Part shown: positions 10,288 through 20,881 of the stretch, in pieces
How the letters are laid out: every line of letters starts with the position of its first letter
How positions within the stretch are numbered: position 1 is the first letter of the stretch
Assembly: GCA_963848295.1 (NCBI GenBank)
Contig: CAWKDB010000010.1
Span: forward strand, 4,830,800-4,894,799
DNA: 64,000 nt
Source: an uncultured delta proteobacterium
Lineage (GTDB): Bacteria; Myxococcota_A; Polyangia; Haliangiales; Haliangiaceae
Direction: 5' to 3'
Position numbers and translations under genes: made by a program
The notes under the pieces: model-generated
Database searches by the model: none
Seen by the model: only the letters and a program-made list of their open reading frames with translations
Told to the model about the DNA's origin: nothing

Positions 10288-11245
10288 GCGCCACGCCGAA
10301 CGAGCTCGGCGTCACGACCGGAGCGAACGCGGTCGACGACACGCGCTGCTTGTCGGGCGCGGTGATGTAGAGATAGGCACCGGCGGCGACCGCGGCGAGG
10401 CCGACGCCGAAGACGATGTTTCCGCCATACGTCGCGATGCTGTTGCGGTGGTTGCAGCTGTTGCCGTTCGCCTTCGTGTACCCGCAGATCTGGTCGGTCG
10501 ACGGCATCGAAATGGTTGGCGGGTGCGCCAGGTCCTCTTCGGCATTGTGTTCGTGCCAGCCGATGCCGCCGGCGATCGCGATCAGGACGCCGCCGCCGAC
10601 CGCCGTGATGATCCCGATGCGGCGCCGCTTCCTGCCCGGATCGATCAGCGTGCTGTCGGTGCCGGCTTCGAACGCGAGGGTAAGCGTCTGACCGCCTTGG
10701 CCCGCGACCGTGAAGTCTTGGTGGATCTCCTTGTTGCCCGGTGCGCGCGCGTCGAGCGCATGCCGCCCCGGGTCGACCTCGACCCGGGCGTAGTCAGATT
10801 CCGGCACGGTGGCGCCGTCGATCATCACCGTGACGCCTGGCGGCGCCGGCGCGGCGATAGCGATCGAGATCGAAGCGACGAGGGCGGCTAGCGAGGCCGT
10901 GTGTTCCTTCGCCGCCTGTTCGAACGGCGCGAGCCCGGTCTCGAACGCACGAACCTGGGCGCGGCGAAACCAATACAGCGCGGTCTTGTACTTCTTGAGC
11001 GCCTCGTTACACAGCCCGAGGTTGAGCTCCGTGCCGGCGGCGGTCGGGTCGAGCTCGATCGCCTTGCTGAACTTGTCGCAGGCCTCGGCCGCCTCGTGCT
11101 CGTCCATCAGCTTGCGGCCTTCGGCGAACAGCTTGTCGGCCTGCGCGAGCTTCGGCTCGGGCCCCGCGCTCGCGCCGGCCGCCATGCCGACGACGACCAG
11201 CGCCGTCGCGAACCAGACCCCCGCGTCGCGCATCACCGTCATCAT
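10271..11245 (-). CDS. TPR + PEGA-like secreted/membrane protein (myxobacterial type)
   Basis: Signal peptide, TPR (ACDKFSKAIELDP...LNLGLC), VDPGRH beta domain, Gly-rich C-terminal hairpin ending GSF. Confidence 0.75.
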   Translation of the reverse strand: MMTVMRDAGVWFATALVVVGMAAGASAGPEPKLAQADKLFAEGRKLMDEHEAAEACDKFSKAIELDPTAAGTELNLGLCNEALKKYKTALYWFRRAQVRAFETGLAPFEQAAKEHTASLAALVASISIAIAAPAPPGVTVMIDGATVPESDYARVEVDPGRHALDARAPGNKEIHQDFTVAGQGGQTLTLAFEAGTDSTLIDPGRKRRRIGIITAVGGGVLIAIAGGIGWHEHNAEEDLAHPPTISMPSTDQICGYTKANGNSCNHRNSIATYGGNIVFGVGLAAVAAGAYLYITAPDKQRVSSTAFAPVVTPSSFGVALSGSF

Positions 11246-11264
11246 ACCCTAGCCAGACGCGGTT

Positions 11265-12236
11265 TTAGAAGCTCCCGACCGCCGCAAGCCCGGCCGAGCT
11301 CGGGTTCAGCTGCGGGACGAGTGCGATGTGGTGCTCGTCGTGCGGGCCGAGCACGAACAGCGTCGCGCCGACGCCGATCGCTACTGCACTAGCGACGCCG
11401 ACGACGGTGGCGGCGTTGCCGAGCGAGTGCGCGTTGACCTGTGCCCTGAAGCCGGCCGGGTTGCACTCACCGGTGCTCGCATCGCAGTACGCGGTCGTCG
11501 GCCCGGGTTGCGCACTGTACGGCCTCTGGTAGTCCTCGTGCGCGACGAGCGCGGCGACGGTGGCGGCGATCGCGGCGGCCACGCCGATCCCTGCCGTGAC
11601 CGCGCCGGCGGTGCGCATGCCGTGCTTGATCGTGACCGGCTCGGGCAGGGGCGGGACCGCGAGCGCGAGGTGCTGGCGTTCGACCACCCGGACGCGCTTC
11701 TCGAACGGCACGCGATGGGGGGCGCTGATCTCGATCAGCACCTCGCCAGGATCGACCGCGATGTCACCGACCGCATCGAGCGGGATCACGACATCGGCGA
11801 CCACGACCTTGGTATCGGGCAGCGGCGCGATCCCGAACGCGAGTGAAATGTGTGGGACGCGCGGCTCGATGTCGGTGAGCTGCTGCGATGCGGCCGCGCG
11901 ATACGCGGCGAGATCGCGCTCGGTCGCGAGATCGAGCGCGCGGCGAAATCGCTTTGCGGCGCTCGCCCATAACCCGGCTTCTTGATTGCACCGGCCGACA
12001 TTCATGATCGTGCCGACCGCCTCGGGATTGAACTTCAGCGCTTCGCTGTACTTTGCGCATGCGCCGGTCCGGTCGCCGGCTTGCTCTAGCTTCTTGCCGG
12101 CGTCGAACAGCGCATCGGCCTTCGCCGGATCGAACGGATCGGCGCGCGCCGCCGCGATCGGCAGCGCGGCCGCAACGGCGGCGACGATCACGAGCAGGCG
12201 CATCGCGCGAAATGGTATCAGCGACCGACGTCGCAT
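11265..12236 (-). CDS. TPR + PEGA-like protein, paralog of the neighbouring gene
   Basis: Same architecture (ACAKYSEALKFNP, VDPGE, C-terminal GSF); true start may be the second Met (~12201). Confidence 0.75.
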   Translation of the reverse strand: MRRRSLIPFRAMRLLVIVAAVAAALPIAAARADPFDPAKADALFDAGKKLEQAGDRTGACAKYSEALKFNPEAVGTIMNVGRCNQEAGLWASAAKRFRRALDLATERDLAAYRAAASQQLTDIEPRVPHISLAFGIAPLPDTKVVVADVVIPLDAVGDIAVDPGEVLIEISAPHRVPFEKRVRVVERQHLALAVPPLPEPVTIKHGMRTAGAVTAGIGVAAAIAATVAALVAHEDYQRPYSAQPGPTTAYCDASTGECNPAGFRAQVNAHSLGNAATVVGVASAVAIGVGATLFVLGPHDEHHIALVPQLNPSSAGLAAVGSF

Positions 12237-12290
12237 GCATGTTAGTGGCGGACCGGGCTACAGATACCAGGCGCGCGTCCACGATCCGGG

Positions 12291-14015
12291 CTACCGGCTG
12301 ACCGGGCAGCCGTGCGCGTGGTCGTAGACCAGGCTGCCGTCGGGGCAGCGATCGCCGTTCTGCTCGGGCACTGGTGCGGTCGTCGCGTCGTGGGGAGCGG
12401 TCGCTCCGTCGTGCGGGGCCGTCGTCTTGTTGTCTTCGAGCTTGGGCGTCTGCTTCGTGATCGCCTTGTGGGTTCCAGCCAGCCTGTGCGTGCTCGGCTT
12501 GTGCGTCTCGACCCGTTCCTTGTGATCCGCGATCGCATGATCGGTCTTCGAGTCGCGCGGCGGCGGCGCGAGGTTCGCGCCGCTGCCGGTCGCGGGGACC
12601 TGGTCGTCGACCTTCGCGGCGGAGCCGGAGCCGGAACCCGAGCCGGTATCGGGTGGCGGCGGCACGACCGTGCGGCCGGTGTGCGGATCGGCCACCTGGG
12701 TCGGCGTGATCGCCGGTGTGGCTACGGCCTTGGCGTCGCCGTCGTCGTCGCCACCGTTCGCGAGCGCGACGCCGAGCGCGACGCCGCCGACGATCAGCAA
12801 CCCGAAGATCGCCGCGATCAGCGGCAGGCGGGAGCGCGTCGGAGCGCTGCGCGTGGTGTTCTCTTCGCCGAGCTCGGGCCGCAACATCGGCGACGACTGG
12901 TCCTGGGCGGCGTACGGTTGCGAGCCGTCGTGTGCGATCGGCACCGGCGTAGCGCGCGGCGGCGGCACCGGCATCGGCGTGCTCTGCGGACGCGGGGCTC
13001 CCGCGATGTTCCACTGCGGCGCGGTGATCTGATGCGAGGGCTCGCCGCCGTACGGCTTGCGCTGGCCGTTCGACGTGCTCTGGCCATCCCAGTCGAGGCT
13101 GCGGCGCAGCATGCGAGCCATGCGCTCGACCAGCCTCGTCGCTTGATGCGGGTCCGCGGCGAACGGGATCAGGTCGCGACCGAGCTCGGCCATGTTCGCG
13201 TAGCGCTGGTCCGCGGTCTTCGCGAGGCAGCGCAGGATCACGGCTTGGAGCGCGGGTGGCGTGTTGACCATCGGCGTCGGCGGATCGACCGCGACCTTCA
13301 CGCACATCTCCGAGAAGCTCTCGGCCTCGAACGGTCGCCGGCCCTCGAGCAATTCGTAGAGCACGGTGCCGAGCGACCACACGTCGCTGCGCTGATCGAC
13401 GAGCCGCGCCGACCGCATCTGCTCCGGCGACATATACGCCGGCGTCCCGAGCAGGGACTGCGTTTGGGTCAGGTGCATGTCGGTGCCGATCGATGACTTC
13501 GAGATGCCGAAGTCGAGCACCTTGATCAACGCGCTGCCGTCGGGCCGCCACGTCACGAACAGGTTCGTCGGCTTGATGTCGCGGTGGACGATGCCGATCG
13601 AGTGCGCTTCGGCGAGCGCCTCGGCGGTCTGCAGCATCATCTCGCTCGCCCACGCCACCGGCATCACGCCGCGCTCCTTGAGCAGCTCTCCGAGATCGAG
13701 CCCCTCGAGGTACTCCATCACCATGAACGGCACGCCGGTCTCGAACACCCCGACGTCGTGCACGCGCGCGACGTACTCGCTCTTCAACTTCGCCGCCGCT
13801 TGCGCTTCACGTTGGAAACGCTGGACCGCGTCGCCATCGCGCAGCACGTCCTGGCGCAGCATCTTGACCGCGAACCGTTCGTTCAACGCGAGGTGCGTAC
13901 ACTCGGCGACCACACCCATCCCGCCCGTGCCCAGGATCGCATCCACGCGATACTTGCCGAGAAATACCTGGCCGATGCTCACGCCGAGCTCGGCAGGGTT
14001 CACTGGTTGGGCCAC
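12291..14015 (-). CDS. Membrane-bound Hanks-type Ser/Thr protein kinase
   Basis: GTGGMG, AVK, HRDIKPTN, DFG, GTPAYMSPEQ, SDVWSLG; TM helix and Pro-rich tail. Confidence 0.95.
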   Translation of the reverse strand: MAQPVNPAELGVSIGQVFLGKYRVDAILGTGGMGVVAECTHLALNERFAVKMLRQDVLRDGDAVQRFQREAQAAAKLKSEYVARVHDVGVFETGVPFMVMEYLEGLDLGELLKERGVMPVAWASEMMLQTAEALAEAHSIGIVHRDIKPTNLFVTWRPDGSALIKVLDFGISKSSIGTDMHLTQTQSLLGTPAYMSPEQMRSARLVDQRSDVWSLGTVLYELLEGRRPFEAESFSEMCVKVAVDPPTPMVNTPPALQAVILRCLAKTADQRYANMAELGRDLIPFAADPHQATRLVERMARMLRRSLDWDGQSTSNGQRKPYGGEPSHQITAPQWNIAGAPRPQSTPMPVPPPRATPVPIAHDGSQPYAAQDQSSPMLRPELGEENTTRSAPTRSRLPLIAAIFGLLIVGGVALGVALANGGDDDGDAKAVATPAITPTQVADPHTGRTVVPPPPDTGSGSGSGSAAKVDDQVPATGSGANLAPPPRDSKTDHAIADHKERVETHKPSTHRLAGTHKAITKQTPKLEDNKTTAPHDGATAPHDATTAPVPEQNGDRCPDGSLVYDHAHGCPVSR

Positions 14016-14148
14016 GCTTTGAAAATCGTAGCTTGCCGGTCCCCAGGTCTCAAGCGAACGTCGTGTGTAGGTTTTCGCCTACCGCGCCGGTAAAGGCGGC
14101 TTATTGGCGATCATCCGGCCCTGAAACGATCTCTTTCGCCGCTCGCGA

Positions 14149-15568
14149 TCAGCGTTGGATCTGGTGAATCTTCAAGACGTTGGTCTGAAGCCCCGATCCC
14201 ACGGGCACGGCCATCGTGATCAGCACGTGGTCGCCGGGCAGGGAGAGATTCCGCTCGATAAGCGTAGCCTCGACGCGATCGATCAGCTCTTCGGTGGTCG
14301 CCGATTGCCCGATCAGCGCGGGCGTGACGCCCCAGAACAGCGCGAGCCGGCGATACGTCACTTCGTTCGTGGTGAGGCAAACAATGTTCGCTTCGGGCCG
14401 ATAGTCGCTGACCAGGCGCGCCGCGCCGCCCGAGTCCGAGACCACGACGATCGTCTTTAGCTTCATCGCGTGCGCCGCGGTCATCGCGGCGTGTGCGATC
14501 GCGTTCGCCGGGACCGCGAGCTGGAGGTCCGGGACCTCGGTGTTCGCGCGGTAATACGCCGAACCTTCGATCTCCTCGATGATCCGCGCCATCGTGCGCA
14601 CCGCTTCGACGGGATGGGCGCCCGATGCGGTCTCGCCCGAGAGCATCAGCGCATCGGTCCATCGAGCACTGCGTTCGCGACGTCCGAGGCTTCAGCGCGC
14701 GTCGGTCGCGCTTGCGTGATCATCGACTCGAGCATCTGGGTCGCGGTGATGACGATCTTGCCGCGCCGGTTCGTCTCCTCGATCATCCGCTTCTGCCACA
14801 GCGGGACCTTCTCGGGACCGAGCTCGACGCCGAGATCGCCACGCGCGACCATCACGCCATCCGCGGCATCGATGATGTCGCCGAGCCGTTCGAGCGCTTG
14901 CGGCTTCTCGATCTTCGCGATCACCGGGAATCGACACTTGGTCGATCGTGAGCAAGCGCTTTGCTTCGAGGATGTCTTCGGGCCGGCGCACGAATGACAG
15001 CGCGACGTAGTCGACGCCATGGCGCAACGCGAAGCCGATGTCGGTCTTGTCTTTGTCCGACAGGGCGGGCGCCGACACCTCGACGCCGGGCAGGTTGATG
15101 CCCTTGTTGTTCTTCAGCACGCCGCCCGACACGACGACGGTGCGGACTTCGTGGCCGTCGACGCTGGTCACCGCGAGCGCGAGGTAGCCGTCGTCGAGCA
15201 GGATCTGATCGCCAGGGCGCACGTCTTTGGGCAGCAGCGAGTAGCTCGTCGAGACCCGTTTCTCGTCGCCGACGACGCTGGTGTCCGTCGTGATCGTGAA
15301 CTCCGCGCCTTGGCGCAGCTGGATCTCGCCGGCGGCGAACTTGCCGACGCGAATCTTCGGGCCCTGCAGGTCGAGCAACGCGGCGATCGCCTTGCCGCGC
15401 CGATCCGCTTCGGCCCGGACCGTTTGCAACATGCGCGCGTGATCTTCGTGACGTGCCGTGCGAAAAGTTAAGGCGCGCCACGCTCATGCCCGCGTCGATC
15501 AGCTCGCCGACCCGCTCGGCAGACGCGGACGCGGGTCCGAGAGTGCAGACGATCTTCGCCCGGGGCAT
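14149..15568 (-). CDS. pyk: Pyruvate kinase, split by three frameshifts (likely sequencing indels)
   Basis: [14 protein letters not shown]...NFSHG / DLQGPKIR...KGINLPG / IAKIE...VARGDLG...ATQMLESM / MLSGETA, with frame switches near 15450, 14935 and 14660. Confidence 0.9.
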
Positions 15569-15635
15569 TTCGACCGCGAGTAGACACTCAAAACGCCTTG
15601 CTGAGAACCGCGGCTCCCGGTTATTAAGCCGCCCG

Positions 15636-17759
15636 ATGTTACGTACGGCTGTCGTGGGTCTAGCAGCCGCAGCTTGCTTGGCGAGCTGCACGGAAACACG
15701 TCCACAACCCGATCTCGTCGGCCAGGATGTCCGACTCACGATCATCCACACCGCGGACATCCACTCGCGGTTGTTTCCGTACAACTTCACCCCGAACAAG
15801 TTCGACCAGGCATACGGCCTGTTGCCGACGCTAGCGCCGTACGGCGGTATCGCGCGCATCGCGACGATGGTGAAGCGGATCCGCAACAGCGCGGATCGAT
15901 CGCTGTGGCTCGACTCCGGCGACGCCTGGGAAGGCGCGGCGGTGTTCAACGAGTTCAAAGGTGAGCCAGAGATTCGCTCGTTGTCGCTCGCCGGCATGGA
16001 AGGCGAGGTCATCGGCAACCACGAGTTCGATCTCGGCGCGAACCAGCTGTTCACCGAGCTCGATCAGTGGTCGCAGTTCCCGCACCTGGTCGCGAACTAC
16101 GCGTGGGACGATCCGACGAACACCGGCCAGCGTTCGCTGCGCGATGTCGTCCAGCCGTACGAGATCTACGACGTCAAGGGCGTCAAGGTAGGCGTCATCG
16201 GCCTCGGCAACGAGGACACGCTGCAGTCGATCTACAACGGTGGCAACACGCTCGGGTTCCGGCCGATCGATCCCGGCGTCGCGCTCCAGAACCAGGTCGC
16301 GTTGCTGCGCGGCCAGGTCGACCTCATCGTGGTGGCGAGCCACCTCGGCCTCGACAACGATGAAGGCCTGTCCGCGTCGATGGTCACCGACCCGAACGCG
16401 GCGCTGCCGCTCCAAGGTGTCGACCTGATCCTCGGCGGGCACCTCCACATCGTGACGAACCCGCCGAAGCTGCTGCCGAACGATGACGGCAGCAACTACT
16501 GCAAGACCTCGGATTGCGAGACGCTCCTCATTCACTCCGGTGCGTTCGCGAAGTACGTCGGCCGGATCGATCTCGTCGTCCACATCGGCAGCGACAACAG
16601 CGACCCCGAGAAGCGCAGCCGGATCGTGTCGTACGCGTACGACAACCAACCGGTCGTGACGTATCCGACGAGCGACCCGCGGTTCATCCCGGACGACCCG
16701 GCGGTCGCGAACCTGATGTGGCCGTACGCGGTCAAGCTCGCGCAGGACATCAACCTCAAGGGCGTGTTCGCGTACGTCGGTCCGCAGCCGACGACCGCGG
16801 TGATCCTGCGCAACGATCCGTCGGGCGGCGACTCGCAGCTCGGCAACCTCGTCGCCCGGTCGATGCAGACGCAACAAGGTGTCGACGCGCAGTTCGCGTT
16901 CACGAACTCGCTCGGCATCCGCGATGACTTCAGCCGCGGACCGCTGACCAACGAGGAGATGTACAACGTGTTCCCGTTCGAGAACACGATCGTCGTGATG
17001 TACCTGTCCGGCCAAGAGGTCCAGGACACGCTCGACTTCGTCGCGCAGAAGTCCGCGGCGCGCGGGTGCCGCACCCAGCTCCAGGTCGCGGGTCATAACG
17101 TTCGACATGGTCTGCCGCGACGATCCGGCGAACCCGGATCACTGCACCAGCATCGATCCGCAAGCCGGCAGCACGACCTGTACCGTCGATCTCGACTGTC
17201 CGCAGGGCGGCACGGTCGGCGGCCAGACGACGGTCGCCGATCGCTGCGATACGACGTTGCATCGCTGCGTCGCGACCGCGTGCGCGAAGCACATCTATGT
17301 CGGCGAGCATTGCCGGCCGGTCGACAACAGTGGCGTCGTGCAGTCGAGTCGAACCGGTCGATCCGAATTCGACCCCGTGCGCGGCGCTCCAAACGGACGG
17401 TCTGTATCGCGTCGCGGTCAACAACTACATCGCCGCCGGTGGCTCGGGCTTCCTCGTGCTCCAGCGCAACACCTCGCAGCAAGACACCGGCGTGTCGTTG
17501 CGCGGCGGCGCTCACCGTGTACCTCACGGCCCAGCAACAGAGCTGCGACGGCGTCGGGATCGCCGACATCCCGGACGAGACCGATGTTCCAGCGTCGTGC
17601 TCGAGCAACGCCGACTGTATCTACTCGAAGAAGTGCATCTTGGCCGGGACGACCGGCACGTGCATGCAGGCGACCGTCCAGCAGAAGTGGGGCAACGTCG
17701 CCTGCCTCGACGAGACGGTCGAGGCGCATGATGGGCGGATCAGGCCGGTGTTCCAGTGA
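15636..17759 (+). CDS. 5'-nucleotidase-family metallophosphoesterase lipoprotein with Cys-rich inserts (frameshifted near 17100, 17345, 17505)
   Basis: [41 protein letters not shown] lies in an alternative frame. Confidence 0.85.
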   Translation: MLRTAVVGLAAAACLASCTETRPQPDLVGQDVRLTIIHTADIHSRLFPYNFTPNKFDQAYGLLPTLAPYGGIARIATMVKRIRNSADRSLWLDSGDAWEGAAVFNEFKGEPEIRSLSLAGMEGEVIGNHEFDLGANQLFTELDQWSQFPHLVANYAWDDPTNTGQRSLRDVVQPYEIYDVKGVKVGVIGLGNEDTLQSIYNGGNTLGFRPIDPGVALQNQVALLRGQVDLIVVASHLGLDNDEGLSASMVTDPNAALPLQGVDLILGGHLHIVTNPPKLLPNDDGSNYCKTSDCETLLIHSGAFAKYVGRIDLVVHIGSDNSDPEKRSRIVSYAYDNQPVVTYPTSDPRFIPDDPAVANLMWPYAVKLAQDINLKGVFAYVGPQPTTAVILRNDPSGGDSQLGNLVARSMQTQQGVDAQFAFTNSLGIRDDFSRGPLTNEEMYNVFPFENTIVVMYLSGQEVQDTLDFVAQKSAARGCRTQLQVAGHNVRHGLPRRSGEPGSLHQHRSASRQHDLYRRSRLSAGRHGRRPDDGRRSLRYDVASLRRDRVREAHLCRRALPAGRQQWRRAVESNRSIRIRPRARRSKRTVCIASRSTTTSPPVARASSCSSATPRSKTPACRCAAALTVYLTAQQQSCDGVGIADIPDETDVPASCSSNADCIYSKKCILAGTTGTCMQATVQQKWGNVACLDETVEAHDGRIRPVFQ

Positions 17760-19039
17760 GTCAGGCCACGCGGATAGCCGCGCTCGTCGCCGCGGCCGTC
17801 GGGCTCGGTGGGTGCGTCAAGCACAACCCGGGCATCACCGGCACGCAGTCGCTCGCGATCGACGTGGTGTCTCCGTCGGATACCGGCTCGCAGATCTCGC
17901 GCCTGCCCGACACGGATCGCACGATCGTCATCAACGTCACGGCGCTCGGACCAGACGACGAGACCGACACGACCTACAACAATCAGCTGCAAGTCTACGT
18001 GCTGTACCTGGGGACGCTCAGCCCGTACCTCGGCGCGCCGCCGCTCCAGACGATCCAGATGGTCAACGGCGAAGCGATGAATCAGACGATCACCCTGCCA
18101 CCGGTGTTCGGGCCGACCTCGATCTGGCTCGACGACGGCACCGACTCCGAGCCGACGTTCGCGACCGGCGCGTCGCAGACGCTGTGGTATCGCGATCCCG
18201 TGATCGCCGACATCCAAGCGCCACCCAACGAGAGTGCGCTCGACGCGCTCACCAATTCGCCGCTCGACAACAAGAACGTCGCGGTCAATGCGTCGCGCTA
18301 CGGCGCGAACGGGCGGCTGGTCATCACGTCGGTGTACGCGCAAGGCTATACGCTCGCCGACGTCAACTGCGCGGATGCGAACGGCACGCCGCCATGCGTA
18401 TCGGCGCCCTACGACTACATGGACGTGTTCTCGTACAGCGCACCCGAGGACCAGAACTCGCACTTCGTCAGTGAAGGCGAAATCATCGACGGCTTCGCCG
18501 GCGGCATCAACGAGTTCGACGGGCTCACCGAGATCGGGTTCCCGCAGACGTTCGTGAACGAGGGCGAGGACCCGAGCACACCGCCGGTGGTCAACACGGC
18601 GGTCGAACCTGCACCGGTGGTGATCGACACCAACCCGGCGAGCCCGACCTACTGGTTTGGGTCGACGACGGATCTCCCCGGGCTCGGAACCGGCGCGAGC
18701 GCCAACGGGATCGAGTTCGAGCGCAACGAGTCCGGCCCGGTCGAGCTCGACAACGCGGTCGTGTGCAATCTCGACAGCAACTACACGACCTTCAACCAGT
18801 GGGAGCTCGATCCCGCAGGTATCGGCGGTGACTGCTCGAGCAACAAGAACATCATCAGCGTCATCACCGCCGGCGTCATCCAGTTCGACCCGACCGGGTG
18901 CGTCGGCAAGACGCTGCCTAAAGTGGTCGGCATCATCCGCCCGATCAACATCGGAAGCTTCAACGTCTGGATCGTGTACCCGCGCTCGGCTGCTGACCTC
19001 ACGCTCCCGGTAGGAGACTCTACGTGCAAAGTTCAATGA
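17756..19039 (+). CDS. Hypothetical lipoprotein
   Basis: Lipobox LGGC; GTGA overlap with the upstream gene; beta-rich. Confidence 0.75.
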   Translation: MSQATRIAALVAAAVGLGGCVKHNPGITGTQSLAIDVVSPSDTGSQISRLPDTDRTIVINVTALGPDDETDTTYNNQLQVYVLYLGTLSPYLGAPPLQTIQMVNGEAMNQTITLPPVFGPTSIWLDDGTDSEPTFATGASQTLWYRDPVIADIQAPPNESALDALTNSPLDNKNVAVNASRYGANGRLVITSVYAQGYTLADVNCADANGTPPCVSAPYDYMDVFSYSAPEDQNSHFVSEGEIIDGFAGGINEFDGLTEIGFPQTFVNEGEDPSTPPVVNTAVEPAPVVIDTNPASPTYWFGSTTDLPGLGTGASANGIEFERNESGPVELDNAVVCNLDSNYTTFNQWELDPAGIGGDCSSNKNIISVITAGVIQFDPTGCVGKTLPKVVGIIRPINIGSFNVWIVYPRSAADLTLPVGDSTCKVQ

Positions 19040-20784
19040 TCCGTCTGGCTCTGGTCGCCGCCGTGCTCGTGGCTCCGGTCATCGCGTTCGCACAGCCGTC
19101 CGATACTCCGCCGGCCGGCGAGGGCAGCGGCAGCGGCAGCGGCAGCGGGAGCGCGACGCCGCCCGGTGTCGACGAAGGTCACCTCAAGGAGCTCGTCGAT
19201 CGCGAGGTCGCGCGCATCCTCAACGAGCGCGCCGCGCAAGACGCGGCCGACCGCGCCGCGAAGGATCAGGCGGCCGACAAGCCCGCCGCGACCACCCCGG
19301 CCGACGGCTCGCTCACCGGCGCGAATGGCTTCATGGATACGCGCCTCGCATTCACGCTGACGAACGAGAACACGTTGGTCAAGCCGGGCGAGACGATCCC
19401 GAGCGTCCCCGGCTGGCGCTTCGGTACGCCGAACTCGCTCGGCGTGCTGTTCTTCGACAATTACGACACGCGCTACAGCGGCTTCGAGACCCTGTCGCAC
19501 GCGACGATGTACCGCGACTATCACAAGGGGCACTTCGACGCCGAAGCCGGCCTCGTCATCCGGATCAACGAGATCTCTGGCTCGAACCTGAGCCTGTCGG
19601 ATGACGGTTCCTACATCACGCTGTCCAACTGGAAGGACCCGTCGCATCGCGATCCGACCCGCGTGTCGCTCACCGTGTTCCCGGTGTCGGCCGATCGGTT
19701 TCGCCTCGGCTACAGCTATCGGCTGTCGTGGGGTGGCAACCCCGAGTACGGCAATGCCACGTCGGCGACGCCAGGCGCGAAGGTCCAGTACGACAGCGAG
19801 AACATGTACGTCTTCGCCGGCGCCAAGAGCGCCGTGATCCTCGACCAGCGCACCGCCGAGCAGAAGTCGGCGCTCGCCGGGTTGGTCGGCGCCGGCATCG
19901 ATCCGACCGACATGCTGCGGTTCGAGGTCAACGGCGGCTACTTCGATCGAGGCTACAACGAGCTGATCGACGTCAACGACCAGAAGGTCCAGCTGTTCGG
20001 TGGATCGTTCCAGGCGTCGATCCACAAGGGCATGCCGCTGCGGTCCTCGGTCGACTACCGGCTCTATCGCTACAACGGCGAGAAGGTCAGCGACTTGTTC
20101 CTCCCGGACAAGTACCCGGGCGGTCTGTCGTGGCTCGCTCAGAGCGAGGTCGAGGTCATCGGCCAGACGCTCAAGGATCCGGCACAGACCGGCGTCACGA
20201 AGATCCAGACTGGCCACGCCGCCGACCTCAACGTCCGCGTCAAGTACAACCGGACCCGGCTCCGCCTCGACGTCAGCTTCCGCGACCTCGCGTACATCCT
20301 GCACTCGGTGCCGAGCCTGCCGACTTACGAGGACTTCCCGTCGGACTACTCGACGACCCCGGATATCTTCGCGGCGATCGGCGCCGACCAGAACTACGGC
20401 GACTTGTTGACCGTAGGCCTGATCGCCGGCATCGAACAGCCGTCGTCGTTGACCGCGCCGACCGGCATCCCCGGGAGCATGGGCGGGGGTACCGGAAAGA
20501 CCACCGCGGTGTTCGTCAACAACAACGTCGACACCTTGATCACGATCCTGCCGCAGAACGCCAAGGTCGTCCCTCAGTTCGCACTCAAGGGGACCGCGAA
20601 GCTCGACTTCGGCCGGATCTACACCGCGCTGGCCGAGGTGTTCTACATGCACAACCCGAACGCCACGACGTACCAGCGCGTCGGTTGCACGGCTGATCAG
20701 GCATGTCCGCAGCAGCCGTTCGAGTTCACGTTCGCGAATCAGAACCAGCTCGGGGTGAACGTCACTCTGCAAGCGCGGTTCTGA
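19036..20784 (+). CDS. Secreted protein, probable outer-membrane beta-barrel
   Basis: Signal peptide, coiled linker, alternating beta strands, C-terminal GVNVTLQARF barrel signature; ATGA overlap. Confidence 0.65.
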   Translation: MIRLALVAAVLVAPVIAFAQPSDTPPAGEGSGSGSGSGSATPPGVDEGHLKELVDREVARILNERAAQDAADRAAKDQAADKPAATTPADGSLTGANGFMDTRLAFTLTNENTLVKPGETIPSVPGWRFGTPNSLGVLFFDNYDTRYSGFETLSHATMYRDYHKGHFDAEAGLVIRINEISGSNLSLSDDGSYITLSNWKDPSHRDPTRVSLTVFPVSADRFRLGYSYRLSWGGNPEYGNATSATPGAKVQYDSENMYVFAGAKSAVILDQRTAEQKSALAGLVGAGIDPTDMLRFEVNGGYFDRGYNELIDVNDQKVQLFGGSFQASIHKGMPLRSSVDYRLYRYNGEKVSDLFLPDKYPGGLSWLAQSEVEVIGQTLKDPAQTGVTKIQTGHAADLNVRVKYNRTRLRLDVSFRDLAYILHSVPSLPTYEDFPSDYSTTPDIFAAIGADQNYGDLLTVGLIAGIEQPSSLTAPTGIPGSMGGGTGKTTAVFVNNNVDTLITILPQNAKVVPQFALKGTAKLDFGRIYTALAEVFYMHNPNATTYQRVGCTADQACPQQPFEFTFANQNQLGVNVTLQARF

Positions 20785-20881
20785 ACCGCGTTCGCGGCAG
20801 ATTCGATCTTTTTGGGCGGCGCTCCCGGTTGCGCCGCAAGAGCTGTGGTTAGACTCGGTGCTCGGGCGGCGATCGCTCGGG

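Noticed and set aside
19120..19150. (GGCAGC)n repeat here and (GGAGCC)n near 12620
   Set aside because: They encode Gly-Ser linkers inside proteins and are unrelated to the intergenic arrays.
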